Of a stretch of 64,000 nt of DNA, positions 60,993 through 64,000 are shown piece after piece. The DNA comes from Camelus dromedarius (taxonomy: Eukaryota). The stretch is from positions 1,614,001 to 1,678,000 of the forward strand of contig NC_087438.1 in assembly GCF_036321535.1 (NCBI RefSeq), written 5' to 3'. The stretch's first letter is position 1. Every line of letters begins with the position of its first letter. The notes beneath the pieces were generated by a model, which had not been told where the DNA came from, made no database searches, and saw only the letters and a program-made list of their open reading frames with translations. Position numbers and translations under genes: made by a program.

Positions 60993-61109
60993 GCCTTCTT
61001 TTTCTGGCAGTAAAGAACATAAATAAGAGGTGGAAATTTACATATTTCATAATTAATTGCCCTTCAAGAATTCATGATCAAAACAATAGGAGGATGAATA
61101 GAATGCTAA

Positions 61110-61226
61110 CATGTTTATTCAACAGCATGTGGTGAAAGTCGGTGTGCTGGTCCCAGCGGGTACGCCTCGTGGGCACAAGCAGACAAGGGGTACGGCCTCT
61201 GCCCTCAAGGGAGCTAGAGTCTGGTG
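61110..61226 (-). mobile_element. L2 3' end remnant
   Basis: tttattcaacagcat...cagacaagg...ctgccctcaagggagctagagtctggtgg. Confidence 0.55.
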
Positions 61227-62682
61227 GTCCTAGTGGACCCCATCAACCAGCGATCATGGTCACCTCTCAGCCTTCCTGGGCACAAGGAAGCTGTGAAGCG
61301 CTGTCCCTCCCCTGTTCGTCCTGGGTGACATGACAGAGCATCCCCATTGCTGCTCCAAGTCCGGCCTGGGTCCCTCAGCCTCGGTAGGACCTCTGGCCGC
61401 ACCATCCAGGTCGTAGAGATAGGAGAAATTCCAGAAACCAGAGCACTGCCTTCTCCAAAGCCCTCCAGCCCACCCCCCGCCCATTCCCACTCAGAGGTGG
61501 CCCACAGGTCCGCAGCAGGGCACGCCCGGCGCTGACCCCCAGGCCTACAGAGCGGCCCCAGCCCGCACCTTCATGAGCTGCCTGGGTGATTCCCAACACC
61601 TCGCAGCCCAGCCCCGGCCAGCGTGAAGCCTGTTGTCCAGCACAGACACGACCTGCAGACCAGGCGAGGGCTCCCCAGCAAGCTCCTCCCATGTGACATT
61701 GCCGCCGCGTGTCCCAGACCAGCTCCGTCGTCACCCCGATTTCCGCTTCCGACCCCAGCCTTCCCCCTGCAGGGCGCTCCTTGCTGCCTCCCTATGCCCA
61801 AAGCTCCCTGTTTATCAATCTCATGAGCAAATGCTCACTGACGACCTGGGAAGGGTGTGAGTGCGGGCTTGCGTTCAAAAGATGCTGGCGGTTTCAGGGT
61901 CCCCAAGACCACCGCCACCTTCAACCATTCCCGGGGGGACCCCCAGTGTGCAGCCATGCGTTGTTATATCAAAACAGCACAGACCGTGGTGAGCAAGGGG
62001 GGAGCCGGGGGAGACTGGGCACGGCTTCCAGAGCCCTCACCCCGTGGGGTCACAGGGGACGCTGGATCCCCCCGCAGCGCACCGTGAGGACATGGATGCC
62101 CCCTAGAGACTCAGGGCAGCGGTTCCAAGGGGGCTGGTCGCGAGGGCACCTGCGGCCGGGCACCTGCCGCAATCCCAGACTCCCAGCAGGCAGGCAGGAT
62201 TCAGCCTAAGCCCCAGGATTTGGACAACAGTCTGGGCACAGTGAGGCCCGCTTACCAGTCAGGGCGGTGAGAATGCCCCATAAATCCGTCTCTCAGACGC
62301 CAGCAGCGGGCCCGCCTTGCCAGCAGCCCTCGCTAACCCTAGCAGTCTCGGGCCGCTGGGCGCACGCGCTCATTTTCTTCAAGAGACTGGAGTCTGACAA
62401 TCACCGTCCACGCAACGTGCCGCCTTAAGGGAAGGCCTGGGGGGCTCAGTCACACGCCGCAGGGCAGCCCCCGACAGTACGGCTCAGGGAAGGACAGACG
62501 TCTTCGGAGGCAGGCTCACTGCTGTGTGGTCCCTTCACAGCCACCGTCCCAGAATTTGCAACAATATGAAAACGCAGCTCTATTGCAAATTAATGGATGC
62601 CCCAGTATCCAGGAGTCCCCAGCGTAACACCTGAGTGGAAATACAAACTTCCTCAATGATATTTTTTAAAGAGCTGGTTTTA

Positions 62683-62794
62683 TTCTTTTGTTGTTTTTTT
62701 GGGGGGGGTAATTCAGTTTATTTGTTTAATGGAGGTGCTGGGGATTGAGCCCAGCAGCTAAGCACATGCTCTGTCACTGAGCTACACCCTCCCC
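62683..62794 (-). mobile_element. Camelid-type tRNA-derived SINE
   Basis: Reverse complement ggggagggtgtagctcagtgacagagcatgtgcttagc...gggctcaatccccagcacctccattaaacaaataaactgaattacccccccc. Confidence 0.9.
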
Positions 62795-64000
62795 TGCAAA
62801 GATATTTTTCTAAAGGAGAAATCTCCCTGTCCTCAGGCCGCAGGCACAGACCCTGGGACGCCACACCGGTGGCAGTGATCTGCACGCAGACTGGGCCGTA
62901 CTGCCACGTCAAAGACATTCCGGCAAAGTCTGAGCTTCACCACCACTGACTGTTACTTGTTTTACTGACTGTTCAGAATAAAAACCAACCATGATTCCCT
63001 CGCGTAGTGCCTCCCATGAGGCCCCCCCACGGCCACGGCCCTGTTCTCATTCCCTTGGCGAGAACCCGAGACCACGGGCAGACACAGGCAACGTCCCCAG
63101 CATCCCTCACGCACGTGACACAGGAGGCAGAGTGACATGGACCTACTTTGATGTCTTTGGAGTAGCCAAAAGATTAGCATAATTTGACAAGGCCGAAACC
63201 AGGAAAACGGAGATTGGTTAAGGAAGAATTTTAATAAAGACTGAAGCTAAGCCACGATTCTGGGTTTGCAATCCCCCAGCGTGGCTCACCGTTCAGTTAA
63301 AATGTGAGGAATACGGGGGCTGCTGCTGGGTCGGTAAAGGTCTGCACGCACGGGCGTGTCTTTATGGCTCACCTCCATGCAACGCGGCTTGAAAGCACTG
63401 TTTGTCATTTCTTCCCAAATCGACGCGAGGTCTCCAGCCATGAGATCGCAGGGACGGGATCTGGTTGGACACTCGCTGCAGAGTCACCCCGAGGTCCTCC
63501 GTGCGGGAGGCACAGACACGACCTGAGCAGCCGCACGTCTTGCTGAGAGCACCTCCGCTCTCCCGGGTTCGGCTGAGAAGCCCAGCACGTGCAGGGGGGC
63601 TGGGGCAGCCGCGGGGCAGCCCCCCTGCGGAAAAAGCCTCGCCCACCCTTGGCTGGGGAAGGCCACCTGAGGTTCAGTGACCTGAGCCACCGTGAAGAAG
63701 GCACCCTCCACCGCAGCCAGACTCCAGCACCTCTGAGCCCCAGCTGGCAGGCTCACGCGCGCAGCCCGGGGCGAGGGCACCTGCTCACCCCAGCGCGCCC
63801 TCACCCCTCGTCTGGACCCGCCGACGCGTGCACGGCGTCTGCGAGGGTGGCCCGCCCAGCTACTGTCATCATCCTGGGAGAAGTTGTTCCTCCACTAACT
63901 GGTGAACAAGTTACTGTGATTTAGCCAAAGTCTGCTGTCTCTAGCTTAAAGGCTCACAACGTTCTGAAGGCGCCACTGCTCTTTCTGCTGGGGCGGGCCC

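Overview
Mammalian (most likely camelid: Camelus/Vicugna-type tRNA-derived SINEs and L1 3' ends) genomic DNA from a GC-rich, gene-poor, subtelomere-like region. I recognise no intact, nameable protein-coding gene; the ORF track is almost entirely GC-rich shadow ORFs or repeat-derived. The window holds a CpG-island promoter (~13.7-15.65 kb), several candidate minus-strand exons, enhancer-like homeodomain/bHLH motif blocks and many interspersed repeats (old and lineage-specific L1, L2, MIR, MaLR/ERVL LTRs, two Tigger1-derived MITEs, SINEs). The most striking structure is at 26.9-29.3 kb: an old L1 hosts both a younger L1 and a 1.2-kb class I ERV fragment (integrase tail, env tail, PPT, U3-R) that ends at the poly(A) site with an A-rich tail and a ~15-bp target-site duplication at TT/AAAA, which points to an ERV mRNA retroposed by L1 machinery. 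Also seen: a twin-priming L1 inversion and strong AT-to-GC drift of repeats suggesting GC-biased gene conversion. Repeat family names are from memory of consensus sequences and were not verified by a search.
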